Assembly (NCBI GenBank): GCA_044236265.1 | Contig: JBIIGV010000072.1 | Span: 1-14,708, forward strand | Direction: 5' to 3' | Source of the DNA: Oligoflexales bacterium | GTDB lineage: Bacteria > Bdellovibrionota_B > Oligoflexia > Oligoflexales > RGVZ01 | DNA: 14,708 nt | Part shown: positions 6,285 through 14,708 of the stretch, piece by piece | Layout: each line of letters begins with the position of its first letter | Numbering within the stretch: position 1 is the stretch's first letter | Made by a program: the position numbers and the translations under genes | Notes under the pieces: generated by a model | Databases searched by the model: none | Seen by the model: only the letters and a program-made list of their open reading frames with translations | Told to the model about the DNA's origin: nothing

Positions 6285-9200
6285 TTGAGCCAATCAACAC
6301 CAGTTCACGAAAACGAAAGCTCAAGCCTACACATTGAGCAGCTATTGGGGATTTTTCAGTCCGAGAAAAACTTCCCCCATCGCGCCCAACTCATTGGGAC
6401 GTCAGACGTGACTGTTCAACTTCTCACTTTGAGCGCTTCAAAGCGTTGGGGCCAACTGATCGTAGTTGTGCCGACACATCGTGACGTTTCAGCCTTTTTA
6501 AACTTACTCGACCACAATGCATCTACATTGTCATCAGCCGGCATCGTAGCTTCCCACCTTCCACACCTTTCGATGTGGGGTGCCGACCGTTTTATAAATC
6601 CAACCCTGAGTCGTCGGCAGAGATTGGATGCGATATTTCGCCTAAGTGAAACTCCAACGCCGGTCATTATAGTCACCACTCTGGCTGGGTTGTTCCAAAG
6701 CACATTAACACGGGATCTTGTCACGGAATTTAGCGTCAACATCGCCGTTAATGATGAATTAGACCAAGATGATTTACTTAAAAAACTTGAGAGTGCCGGA
6801 TATCACTCATCGACACTGGTTGACGAAGAGGGCCTGTTTTCAGTTCGAGGATCCCTCATAGACGTATATCCACCGAATAGCTCGTTACCGCTACGCATTG
6901 AATTTAGCGGTGACCAAATCACCAGTATCAGAGCCTTTAGCGTTGACGATCAAAAAAGCCGTGAATCACTTGATTCTTTCATGATCGGTCCTGCTAACGA
7001 AATTTTGTCAACTGACCGAAAGTCCTCAGCTCAGAGACTTCATGAGTATTTGCTGAGTCTTGAGCTTGTACCAGCAGCCGACAAAGAGGGGTTTCGCGGT
7101 GCATTCACAACCGGAGCAAGACCAGCCGGGTGGGATCTTTTGGCCCCTATTTTACGCTCACGTAACGCCTCCGCATTTGAGCTACTCAAAGAAAATTCAT
7201 GTCTGTTATTTGCTAAAGGTGTAGACGCTACATTTGCAAGCTACGATGATCTGATGGCTACATTCACTGGTGCTCACGAAAGAGATCTCGAATCAAAACG
7301 CATTAGTCTCGGACCTGAAAATCATTTTCCTGACCGCAAAGATGTAGAATCAAAACTTTTCAATGGACCTCACCAAGTGATTGAACTCGGTAATCCGGTC
7401 CTGCGAAAGAACTTTCACCAGGTGCAACTTCTTTCAGAGGCCGGATTTGAGCCCGTCTCGCCAGCGATTAGCGGAGGCGCGCGCTTTGACGCTTGGGCTA
7501 TGGCTATCACAAATATTATTCAGCTTGATGGTGGAAGGGTTTGCTTACTGGCTTCAAGTCCTGAACAAGAAGAAAGAATTGCAAATCTTTTTAGCCACAG
7601 AGAACTCAAGATCTCGCGTAATCATCCATCAATTATTGACGTCTTAAGTAAGGGAGCTCACGAGAAAGTCCATGTGCTTTCGGGCCATCTAAATTCCTGG
7701 TTATGGATAGAAAAAACCAAAACTCTCGTCGTTCCCGAACATGTTCTTCTCGGTGTCACACAAAAAAAGCAGAAGTCATCATCAACTAAGCTTAAAAACT
7801 TTCTCAGTTCTTTTCGCGATCTCAAAGTGGGCGATCTCGTTGTACACGTTCTTCATGGCGTCGGCCGCTACAAAGGCATGGTGACTCTGCACGTGGGAGG
7901 AATCACGGGTGATTTCTTACACATTGAGTACGCAGGTACTGACAAAATTTATCTTCCGGTCGACAAGCTGAATCTTTTGCAACGTTACAGCAGTGGAGGC
8001 GAGGGGTCAGCATCTCCAAGCCTTGACAAACTTGGATCTGGAGCTTGGGACAAGAAAAAGCAGCGCGTAAAAGAATCTGTAAAAGAAATGGCCGACAAGC
8101 TCATCAAAATCCAAGCGCAACGGGCGCTTGCGCACATCCATGTCTATGACCCTCCCGGCGATGAGTACTTTAAATTTGAAGCCGAATTTCCATACGAAGA
8201 GACTGACGATCAAATTAAAGCCATCTCCGAGGTTAATACAGATTTGCAGGCATCTAAAGCCATGGACCGACTCATCTGTGGCGATGTCGGATTTGGAAAA
8301 ACAGAAGTTGCTTTACGTGCAACATTTCGAGTCGCTAGCGAAGGCTTCCAGGTGCTGGTGCTAGTGCCCACCACGATTCTTTGCTATCAGCATTACCGAA
8401 CATTTAGTGACCGCCTTGGCCGTCATGGTATCAGGGTCGCACAAATCAACCGCTTCGTTGGTTCAAAAGAGCAAAAGCAGACTTTAGATGATCTCGCCGC
8501 TGGAAAAGTCGACGTGCTCGTGGGAACCCATAGACTTCTTAGTCAGGACGTGAAGACGAGACGACTAGGCCTGGTTATTGTAGACGAAGAACAGAGGTTT
8601 GGCGTACTGCATAAGGAAAAGCTAAAGGAGCTTCGCGCTGGAGCTGATATCCTAACGCTAACGGCCACGCCGATACCAAGGACCCTTCACATGTCGATGC
8701 TTGGTCTAAGAGATATTTCAATAATCACAACACCACCGCAGAATCGCATGAGCGTAAAAACATATGTCGCGCGGATGGACGAATCTCTTATTCGCGATGC
8801 CATAACCCATGAACTTGATCGCGGCGGCCAAATATTTTTCCTTCACAATCGCGTGGAAGATATTGAGGCTACCACGCTATGGGTCAAAAGCCTGGTACCA
8901 AAAGCTGCTGTTCGATTTGCCCACGGCCAGATGCGCGAGACAGAGTTGGAAAACACCATTATCGACTTTATTGAGCATAAATTTGACGTGTTGGTTTGTA
9001 CCACAATTATTGAATCAGGTGTGGACATGCCGAATGTGAACACGCTGATCGTTATGGATGCCGATCGATTTGGACTTGCTCAGCTCTACCAGATGCGGGG
9101 ACGGGTCGGTCGCTCATCAGTTCAGGCTTATGCTTACTTTCTGACAAAAGACCCAGAAAGATTAACCGAGGAATCCAGGCGGCGGCTGGATGTTCTGGCC

Positions 9201-9869
9201 ATGCATCAAGAGCTTGGTGCTGGGTTCCAAATCGCTAGTCACGATTTGGAAATCCGCGGTGCGGGCAATTTGCTGGGTTCAGAGCAATCTGGACACGCAT
9301 CCGAGGTGGGCCTTGAGATGTACACTGATCTGTTGGGTGAAGCCATCGCAGAGATTCGCGGTCAGATGCCGGAAAAAAGTAAAATCGACACAGAAATCAA
9401 GCTCCCGCTAACTGCGCTGATCCCCGAGACCTACATTGCAGAAGAGGGCCTACGCCTACAGTTTTACAAATCACTGTTCAGTGTCGAGCGCTCCGATGAA
9501 CTCTCAGCTCTTGCCGAAGAACTGTCAGATCGTTTTGGACCACCGCCAGAGGAGACGACGCGTTTGTTCGGGGTTGCTCGCCTTAAGCTCATCTTGTCAT
9601 GGCTTGGAGCCAGCCAAATCGCAATGAACGCAAAAGCTGGCTGGTTTGAAATAAGATTTGGTTCCCTCAAGGAAAAACAAATTGATAGAATTATTAAGGA
9701 AGCGCAACGCAAGCCGAACACGTATCGATTGTCGCCGGACTACAAGCTCTATGTGTACTGGATATCAGACAGTAAAATTGAGGCACTTGAGCATGCCCCA
9801 CAGAGCTCTATCATTAAACACCTTTTGGAACTTTTAGAACCGCTCGCCGCCGGATTGGAAACAACATGA
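6285..9869 (+). CDS. mfd: Transcription-repair coupling factor Mfd
   Basis: 1194 aa; UvrB-like FSVRGSLIDVYP..PLRIEF; RID domain DLKVGDLVVHVLHGVGRY; MDRLICGDVGFGKTEVA (Walker A); DEEQRFG; TATPIPRT; QMRGRVGRS; TRG motif DLEIRGAGNLLG; C-terminal TRCF domain DRFGPPP. TTG start with a G-rich RBS at 6268-6273; exact start less certain. Confidence 0.97.
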   Translation: MSQSTPVHENESSSLHIEQLLGIFQSEKNFPHRAQLIGTSDVTVQLLTLSASKRWGQLIVVVPTHRDVSAFLNLLDHNASTLSSAGIVASHLPHLSMWGADRFINPTLSRRQRLDAIFRLSETPTPVIIVTTLAGLFQSTLTRDLVTEFSVNIAVNDELDQDDLLKKLESAGYHSSTLVDEEGLFSVRGSLIDVYPPNSSLPLRIEFSGDQITSIRAFSVDDQKSRESLDSFMIGPANEILSTDRKSSAQRLHEYLLSLELVPAADKEGFRGAFTTGARPAGWDLLAPILRSRNASAFELLKENSCLLFAKGVDATFASYDDLMATFTGAHERDLESKRISLGPENHFPDRKDVESKLFNGPHQVIELGNPVLRKNFHQVQLLSEAGFEPVSPAISGGARFDAWAMAITNIIQLDGGRVCLLASSPEQEERIANLFSHRELKISRNHPSIIDVLSKGAHEKVHVLSGHLNSWLWIEKTKTLVVPEHVLLGVTQKKQKSSSTKLKNFLSSFRDLKVGDLVVHVLHGVGRYKGMVTLHVGGITGDFLHIEYAGTDKIYLPVDKLNLLQRYSSGGEGSASPSLDKLGSGAWDKKKQRVKESVKEMADKLIKIQAQRALAHIHVYDPPGDEYFKFEAEFPYEETDDQIKAISEVNTDLQASKAMDRLICGDVGFGKTEVALRATFRVASEGFQVLVLVPTTILCYQHYRTFSDRLGRHGIRVAQINRFVGSKEQKQTLDDLAAGKVDVLVGTHRLLSQDVKTRRLGLVIVDEEQRFGVLHKEKLKELRAGADILTLTATPIPRTLHMSMLGLRDISIITTPPQNRMSVKTYVARMDESLIRDAITHELDRGGQIFFLHNRVEDIEATTLWVKSLVPKAAVRFAHGQMRETELENTIIDFIEHKFDVLVCTTIIESGVDMPNVNTLIVMDADRFGLAQLYQMRGRVGRSSVQAYAYFLTKDPERLTEESRRRLDVLAMHQELGAGFQIASHDLEIRGAGNLLGSEQSGHASEVGLEMYTDLLGEAIAEIRGQMPEKSKIDTEIKLPLTALIPETYIAEEGLRLQFYKSLFSVERSDELSALAEELSDRFGPPPEETTRLFGVARLKLILSWLGASQIAMNAKAGWFEIRFGSLKEKQIDRIIKEAQRKPNTYRLSPDYKLYVYWISDSKIEALEHAPQSSIIKHLLELLEPLAAGLETT

Positions 9870-10918
9870 AACAACGTTTTAAAAACGCAATCGGTGCACT
9901 GATTCTCTTGGCCACTGGTTTTACCATTTGGAAAATGTTCAGTAAGCCTTTACCAACTCCTGACACCATGCCGGATATGGGCGCACAGACAAGTAACACC
10001 CCCGAAAAAGGCCAAGACTTCCAGGAGGTGGAGATTGGAGGAACAACGGTTTTCCCTGGAGATTTCCAATGGGAACTAGAGCTACATATCAAAGTGCCTA
10101 AGTTTGAAGACTCGGAAGACTATTTCTCTGTACCAAAGGCTAAAAAGAACGAACCTGAGCCTGTAGTTGCTGTAACCGACAGTCCAGAACTGAGAGAGCG
10201 CATCGTGTCATCAGTGATCGAACGAAAAGTTCTCTATCTTTTTATCAAGGACAAGACGCGGGGATTTGACCTGGGAGACCCGTCGCGATTTTCAAAATGT
10301 CTCGTAGAGGTTCAAGATGTTGCAAAAACAAATCCTGATTTTTTTGAATCTGCGCAAAGTCGAGAGCGATTGAAGGCCAAAATTTGCGAAGAATCCATTA
10401 TCCAACAATATCTCGACGAGCAGGTCTTTAGACCCCTTGAGGTTTCCGAGTCAGAAATGGCGTCGTACTACCGAACCCATGAAAAATCTTATCGAAAACC
10501 GACCCGGGTTCTACTAAGACAAATCGTGGTTGCAAAAGAAGATCTGGCGAACGAACTTCGAAAGGTTGCTAAACAAAGTAATTTCAGTGAGTTAGCCAGA
10601 AAAAACTCCATTACCCCCGAAGCTGAGAAGGGTGGTTTGATTGGGCCATTTTCGAAGGAGCAACTCCCCACGCTTTTTGATATCGTCTTCTCCATGAATA
10701 TGGGAGAGATCAGCGGCGTCATTAAGTCTGAATACGGCTACCACATTATAATGCCGGTCCAGAAGTTACCGCCTCAAACAATCTCCCTGGCTGAAGCTGC
10801 GCCTGAAATCCGAGCGGAGCTTTTGCGAACAAAAAGGCTAGAAGCGTTTCAACGTTGGCTCAATACAGCTATGAACGCCATCTCTGTTTCATCTCCTAAC
10901 ACGGGACTATTGCAATGA
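9866..10918 (+). CDS. Membrane-anchored/exported parvulin (PpiC)-type peptidyl-prolyl isomerase / foldase (PrsA/PpiD-like)
   Basis: 350 aa; N-terminal hydrophobic anchor (AIGALILLATGFTIW); parvulin motifs FSELARKNS, GGLIG, GEISGVIKSEYGYHII; ATGA overlap with the mfd stop. Confidence 0.85.
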   Translation: MKQRFKNAIGALILLATGFTIWKMFSKPLPTPDTMPDMGAQTSNTPEKGQDFQEVEIGGTTVFPGDFQWELELHIKVPKFEDSEDYFSVPKAKKNEPEPVVAVTDSPELRERIVSSVIERKVLYLFIKDKTRGFDLGDPSRFSKCLVEVQDVAKTNPDFFESAQSRERLKAKICEESIIQQYLDEQVFRPLEVSESEMASYYRTHEKSYRKPTRVLLRQIVVAKEDLANELRKVAKQSNFSELARKNSITPEAEKGGLIGPFSKEQLPTLFDIVFSMNMGEISGVIKSEYGYHIIMPVQKLPPQTISLAEAAPEIRAELLRTKRLEAFQRWLNTAMNAISVSSPNTGLLQ

Positions 10919-11892
10919 TGCGACGATTTTCTTTGATTCTGCTTGTCATCCAATGTCTATCTTCAGGTGTAAGCTTCGCCAATGATCCTGGCGAGACACT
11001 GATTGACCGGGTGTTGGCTGTGGTCAATGGCCGCCCAATCTTCTATAGCGATATTCGACGTAAAATTGAAACGGGACCACTCGTGGTCGTAAGCGAATAC
11101 CCCGCCAACAAAGAAGCACCTGCACAGACTAAAGCCCTAAATGACGCCATCAACTTTGAGCTTATCTTAGGTGCCGCCAAAGATCTGGATATCGACGTTT
11201 CTGAAGCAGATCTGGATCAGGAGATATCGAGATATTTGGAGGAGCAAAGAATCTCCAAGGATAAACTTGGCGAGCTTCTAGCCCAAGAGGGCGAAACCAT
11301 CGATAACTATCGGCGCGACTTTCGTAATCAATTGATTCTGCGCAGATTTCAAAGGCGAGTGATCGCCCCATCGATCAAAGTCACTGAAAAAGACGTTGAA
11401 ACCTACTACCTCAGTCAGTCAGGGACGACAGGAAACGATTTGATTGACGTCAGCTTGCGCCAACTATTGATCAAGATTGAACCTGGAATGAACAAGGAAC
11501 TTGTCGAAGCCAAAAAATCCCTCGCAAACGATATTTACGGCAAACTCAAGGGAGGCCTTGATTTTGTCGATGCCGTGGGCCTTTACAGCGACGATCCAAA
11601 CGCTAAAAAACCTGATCAAAAGCCGATGATCCTGAAGCTCAAAGATCTCACCGGATCACTAAAGGCTGCAATTGAGCCCCTAAGACCGGGAGAGTTTACC
11701 GCTCCAATCACGATGCCAAATGGTCTTATGATCTTTCAGTTAGTTGATAAAAAACTTGGTGAAAATCGCGATTTTGCAGCCAAAAAAGCAAAGCTCGATC
11801 AGGAACTCAGGCTCATAGAGCTACAGAACCAAACCAATAAGTGGTTAGGCGAGCAGCATCAGCGTATCTCTGTTAAACGGATGGATGATTAA
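10915..11892 (+). CDS. surA: SurA-like periplasmic chaperone (SurA N domain + one degenerate parvulin domain)
   Basis: 325 aa; signal peptide ending SFA; IDRVLAVVNGRPIFYSD (SurA N-terminal signature); IKVTEKDVETYY; FVDAVGLYSDD..LRPGEFTAPI; ATGA overlap with the upstream gene. Confidence 0.8.
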   Translation: MMRRFSLILLVIQCLSSGVSFANDPGETLIDRVLAVVNGRPIFYSDIRRKIETGPLVVVSEYPANKEAPAQTKALNDAINFELILGAAKDLDIDVSEADLDQEISRYLEEQRISKDKLGELLAQEGETIDNYRRDFRNQLILRRFQRRVIAPSIKVTEKDVETYYLSQSGTTGNDLIDVSLRQLLIKIEPGMNKELVEAKKSLANDIYGKLKGGLDFVDAVGLYSDDPNAKKPDQKPMILKLKDLTGSLKAAIEPLRPGEFTAPITMPNGLMIFQLVDKKLGENRDFAAKKAKLDQELRLIELQNQTNKWLGEQHQRISVKRMDD

Positions 11893-12981
11893 TTAATCTC
11901 GGCGCGCCCGCCAAGCTTGGATCATAACAACGCCAAAAATAAAAACGTCAGCAAACCACCCCGCGACAATGGGAGGTATGTTGCCTCGTTTGCCAAGAGC
12001 CTTTACTGCGTTCAGTATGAACCAGTAGCTAATCCCAATTGAAAACGCCATTAGGACGCTGCGCGCTGTTTCCGTCGTTCGCTCGGAACGGTAAGCAAAG
12101 TTTAAACCAATCAGGCTCACAACGAATGCAGCTAACGGATAGGCTAGTTTCACCTGCAGATCTACTCGATAAGCCAACGTATCCGATCCGTTCTTTTCTC
12201 CACGATCAATGACCTCACGCAACTCTTTAATACTCATCTCCTCAGGAGTACGGCGATCGCGCATGAGTTTTTTTGGATCGACATTCAGGCGAACGGTCAA
12301 AGACTTTCTTTTTTCCGTGTAATCGATCGTCCCGTCTTCATGGAAGTAGGTTATCTGGATGTCATTAGCATCCCAGACTTTTGACTCAGGTGAGTATGTG
12401 GCCGAGGTTGCCTCGATGATCCGATCGGGCCGAAAACTGGGACGCACCTCCACCATATTTAGTCCCAAAATCGTTTGGGTACCAATTTCATAGTCGCGAA
12501 AATTTATAATCAAATTACCCTTACGCTGCCACCTGGTATGACTTGCGACTTCTTCAGCCTGCCCTCCCTCAATCTGGACATCCTGGACATAATGAAGATG
12601 ATAGGATGAGCGTGGGATGACACGCTCGTTGATCACGTATGCAAGTGCACTTAAAAATAGGCCACCCACAGCCAGAGGGAGACCAATTCGAAGAGGACCC
12701 ATACCAGCTGCCCTCATGGCTGTGACTTCGTTGGTTCGGCTCAGCAAAACCATGGTGATGACACTCGCCAGAAGCGAAGCAATGGGCAGTGCTTGGCTAA
12801 AATGGAGCGGCAACTGATAAACGTACATCTTGAGAATCAACTCGATGGGGGGCTTATATTGAGGGAAGTAACGAGTCGTTTTGTGAATGAAATCGAAAAG
12901 GACGAATAGAAACAAACACAGAATCAACGTGCCAATGACATATTTGACGTAATCCCGAAGGATGTAAAAAAATAAACGCAT
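11893..12981 (-). CDS. lptG: LPS export ABC transporter permease, LptF/LptG (YjgP/YjgQ) family, more LptG-like
   Basis: 362 aa; three N-terminal TM segments, coupling-helix motif LSRTNEVTAMRAAG, periplasmic beta-rich domain, PEEMSIKEL, KLAYPLAAFVVSLIG and three C-terminal TM segments. The F versus G assignment is tentative. Confidence 0.85.
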   Translation of the reverse strand: MRLFFYILRDYVKYVIGTLILCLFLFVLFDFIHKTTRYFPQYKPPIELILKMYVYQLPLHFSQALPIASLLASVITMVLLSRTNEVTAMRAAGMGPLRIGLPLAVGGLFLSALAYVINERVIPRSSYHLHYVQDVQIEGGQAEEVASHTRWQRKGNLIINFRDYEIGTQTILGLNMVEVRPSFRPDRIIEATSATYSPESKVWDANDIQITYFHEDGTIDYTEKRKSLTVRLNVDPKKLMRDRRTPEEMSIKELREVIDRGEKNGSDTLAYRVDLQVKLAYPLAAFVVSLIGLNFAYRSERTTETARSVLMAFSIGISYWFILNAVKALGKRGNIPPIVAGWFADVFIFGVVMIQAWRARRD

Positions 12982-12990
12982 TAAATTCGA

Positions 12991-13410
12991 CTAGCCCCTG
13001 CGTAACGCGTTAGCCATTAAATAAATATGGCCTTTCTCGCCGCTTTTTACCTCTCCATGGATCACGAACCGCTTACCCCGGATACCCTCTTTACCAAAGC
13101 CCGCAGCGCTCAATCGCGTTGTATCGACAAGCATTCTGGCACTGTCATCTGTCAAAACAATATAGGTGCCCTGGGCGCCCATAGCGTCAATCACACCACT
13201 AACCAATACATCTCTATTTAAAAGGCCTGCCCCTGCCAAATGGACACCACGCAAATTCTCAAGTGGGACTGAATCAAATACCATCGTCCCAAACGTTGAG
13301 AACGTCCATAGGTCCAAGCTTTCCCGAACTGTGCGTGTGCGACCACCCTCGGAGCGACTACAGGAAAAAGCCAGCAGCCCTACAAGCATCACTGAAAAAA
13401 GACGCGACAT
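12991..13410 (-). CDS. Hypothetical lipoprotein with a probable OB-fold-like C-terminal domain
   Basis: From ATG 13410 (GGGGG RBS-like upstream): MSRLFSVMLVGLLAFS-C, a lipoprotein-like signal. The C-terminal VLVSGVI..YIVLTDDSARMLVD..GKRFVIHGEV..YLMANAL follows an OB-fold strand pattern. Stops 9 bp before lptG. Confidence 0.6.
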   Translation of the reverse strand: MSRLFSVMLVGLLAFSCSRSEGGRTRTVRESLDLWTFSTFGTMVFDSVPLENLRGVHLAGAGLLNRDVLVSGVIDAMGAQGTYIVLTDDSARMLVDTTRLSAAGFGKEGIRGKRFVIHGEVKSGEKGHIYLMANALRRG

Positions 13411-13457
13411 CTTTAGCCCCCGCCACTTGAACAGTTTAGCTAACCTCAAACCCCCTC

Positions 13458-13466
13458 ATTTTATCA
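13458..13466 (-). promoter_or_regulatory. Candidate extended -10 promoter for the lipoprotein-lptG unit
   Basis: Minus strand reads TG-A-TAAAAT (TGnTATAAT-like) about 48 bp before ATG 13410 and downstream of the rplQ terminator; no good -35 box seen. Confidence 0.4.
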
Positions 13467-13557
13467 TTGTTTGAGGAGAAGTAACACCTGCGCTGAAGTC
13501 CCCATTCAACACCACTAAACGAATACAACTGGCCGTAGAATCCAAAAAACCAAATGC

Positions 13558-13597
13558 AAAAAAGCGACCTTGAACCATGTGTTCAAAGTCGCTTTTT
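13558..13597 (-). terminator. Rho-independent terminator of the alpha (rpoA-rplQ) operon
   Basis: Minus strand AAAAAGCGACTTTGAAC-ACATG-GTTCAAGGTCGC-TTTTTT: long stem with one G-U pair followed by T6, about 54 bp after the rplQ stop. Confidence 0.88.
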
Positions 13598-13651
13598 GAT
13601 TTACTTGATCTTTTAGCAAACAACTCAACTTAACGCTGAGGTGTCAGGGGC

Positions 13652-14023
13652 TTATTTGCCCTTAGCATCAAAATCCACGAACTCTAGAGTCGCTAGATCA
13701 GCAGAATCACCAACGCGGAAGCCACGCTTTAGGATACGAGTGTATCCGCCATTTCTATCTTTGAAACGCGAAGCTAGGCCACTAAAGACTTTAGCCACAG
13801 CAGCATCGTCGAAGAAAAAGCTATCAGCCTGACGGCGTGCATGCAAATCACCGCGTTTACCTAAAGTGATCATCTTCTCAACAAGTGATCGAACTTCTTT
13901 TGCTTTTTGAACGGTGGTATCGATGCGCTCGTGCAGAACCAGCGACGTAGCCATGTTTCTCAACATAGCTTTACGGTGAGCTGACTTGCGTCCTAATTTT
14001 CTGTATCCATTCAAGTGTCTCAT
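13652..14023 (-). CDS. rplQ: 50S ribosomal protein L17
   Basis: [54 protein letters not shown]; directly downstream of rpoA; GAGG RBS. Confidence 0.98.
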   Translation of the reverse strand: MRHLNGYRKLGRKSAHRKAMLRNMATSLVLHERIDTTVQKAKEVRSLVEKMITLGKRGDLHARRQADSFFFDDAAVAKVFSGLASRFKDRNGGYTRILKRGFRVGDSADLATLEFVDFDAKGK

Positions 14024-14055
14024 GACATTCCTCGTTATTTACCAGTCGTAAACAA

Positions 14056-14708
14056 TTAATCGTTGTGGTGTCCGTCGCGGCTACGCAAAGTTGACGGATC
14101 AAAGCCATCTATTTTCATCCCAAGAGAAAGGCCCATCTCAGCGAGGAGGTCTTTGATCTCATTGAGGGACTTACGTCCAAAGTTTTTCGTCTTAAGCATT
14201 TCAGCTTCAGTACGAGTAACCAATTCACCGATGAACTTGATGTTAGCATTCTCAAGACAGTTTGCAGCGCGAACACTGAGTTCAAGCGTGCTGACTTCTT
14301 TGTATAGATTGTCGTTCATCGCAACAGTCGCAGGAACTGCACTTGCTGCGCGAGCAGCGGTATCTTCTTCAACTTCATCGAAGTTAACGAAGATCGTAAG
14401 TTGCTCCTTCAAAATCTTTGCAGCATAAGCCAAAGCATCGTCTGGGCGCTCAGCACCGTTGGTCCAAACTTCAATCGATAGTTTGTCGTAGTCAGTCATT
14501 TGACCAACACGCGCATTGGACACACTGTAGGAGACGCGACGAACAGGAGCAAAGATAGAGTCGATAGCTATCATGCCAACCGGAAGGTCATCAGAGCGAT
14601 TTGCATCAGCCGAGACATAGCCGCGACCAAGGCGAACAACCATCTCCATATCAAGTTTACCGTCTGCGTCGAGGTGAGCAATAATCTGCTCTGGGTTAAG
14701 AATCTCAA
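14056..14708 (-). CDS. rpoA: DNA-directed RNA polymerase subunit alpha (5'-truncated by the window edge)
   Basis: Frame stays open to the right edge (EILNPEQIIAHLDADGKLDM...); GRGYVSA, IDSIFAPV, ARVGQMTDYDKL; alpha-CTD LELSVRAANCL..KTKNFGRKSLNEIK. Confidence 0.98.
   Translation of the reverse strand, partial: EILNPEQIIAHLDADGKLDMEMVVRLGRGYVSADANRSDDLPVGMIAIDSIFAPVRRVSYSVSNARVGQMTDYDKLSIEVWTNGAERPDDALAYAAKILKEQLTIFVNFDEVEEDTAARAASAVPATVAMNDNLYKEVSTLELSVRAANCLENANIKFIGELVTRTEAEMLKTKNFGRKSLNEIKDLLAEMGLSLGMKIDGFDPSTLRSRDGHHND

Noticed and set aside
13411..13449. TTG start at 13449 for the lipoprotein
   Set aside because: It sits almost on the predicted TSS of the extended -10 candidate and lengthens the signal n-region; ATG 13410 gives a cleaner lipoprotein-type signal.
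823..14428. Many 60-130 aa alternative-frame or antisense ORFs (e.g. 823-1113, 1415-1738, 1785-2183, 4040-4363, 6416-6742, 14063-14428)
   Set aside because: They lie largely or wholly within well-supported genes, show no recognisable motifs and are expected by chance.
1..14708. CRISPR arrays, tRNA/rRNA genes, IS elements, prophage genes
   Set aside because: No regularly spaced repeats, cloverleaf signatures, terminal inverted repeats, or transposase/integrase ORFs were seen. Intergenic gaps are about 240 bp or less and are largely explained by promoters and terminators.

Overview
Chromosomal bacterial window of mostly housekeeping genes; gene content suggests Bdellovibrionota/Oligoflexia or a related deltaproteobacteria-like lineage (inference). 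Left to right: a TIGR02147-like HTH gene (minus) with an in-frame TAA, running off the left edge; a nitronate monooxygenase/FabK-family flavoenzyme; an intact archaeal-type DNA topoisomerase VI operon (top6B-top6A) closed by a bidirectional terminator, with Top6B carrying an acidic-then-lysine-repeat tail; a small outer-membrane beta-barrel; a HIT hydrolase; a translationally coupled mfd / parvulin foldase / SurA-like operon; a convergent LptG-type permease with no lptF beside it, preceded by a putative OB-fold lipoprotein; and the end of the alpha operon (partial rpoA, rplQ, terminator). I saw no tRNA, rRNA, CRISPR array or mobile element. I cannot support a wholly new multi-gene system. The best leads are the bacterial Topo VI with its charged tail, the nonsense-interrupted TIGR02147-like gene and the solo lptG/lipoprotein pair. 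All family calls come from motif recognition by eye; no database search was run.
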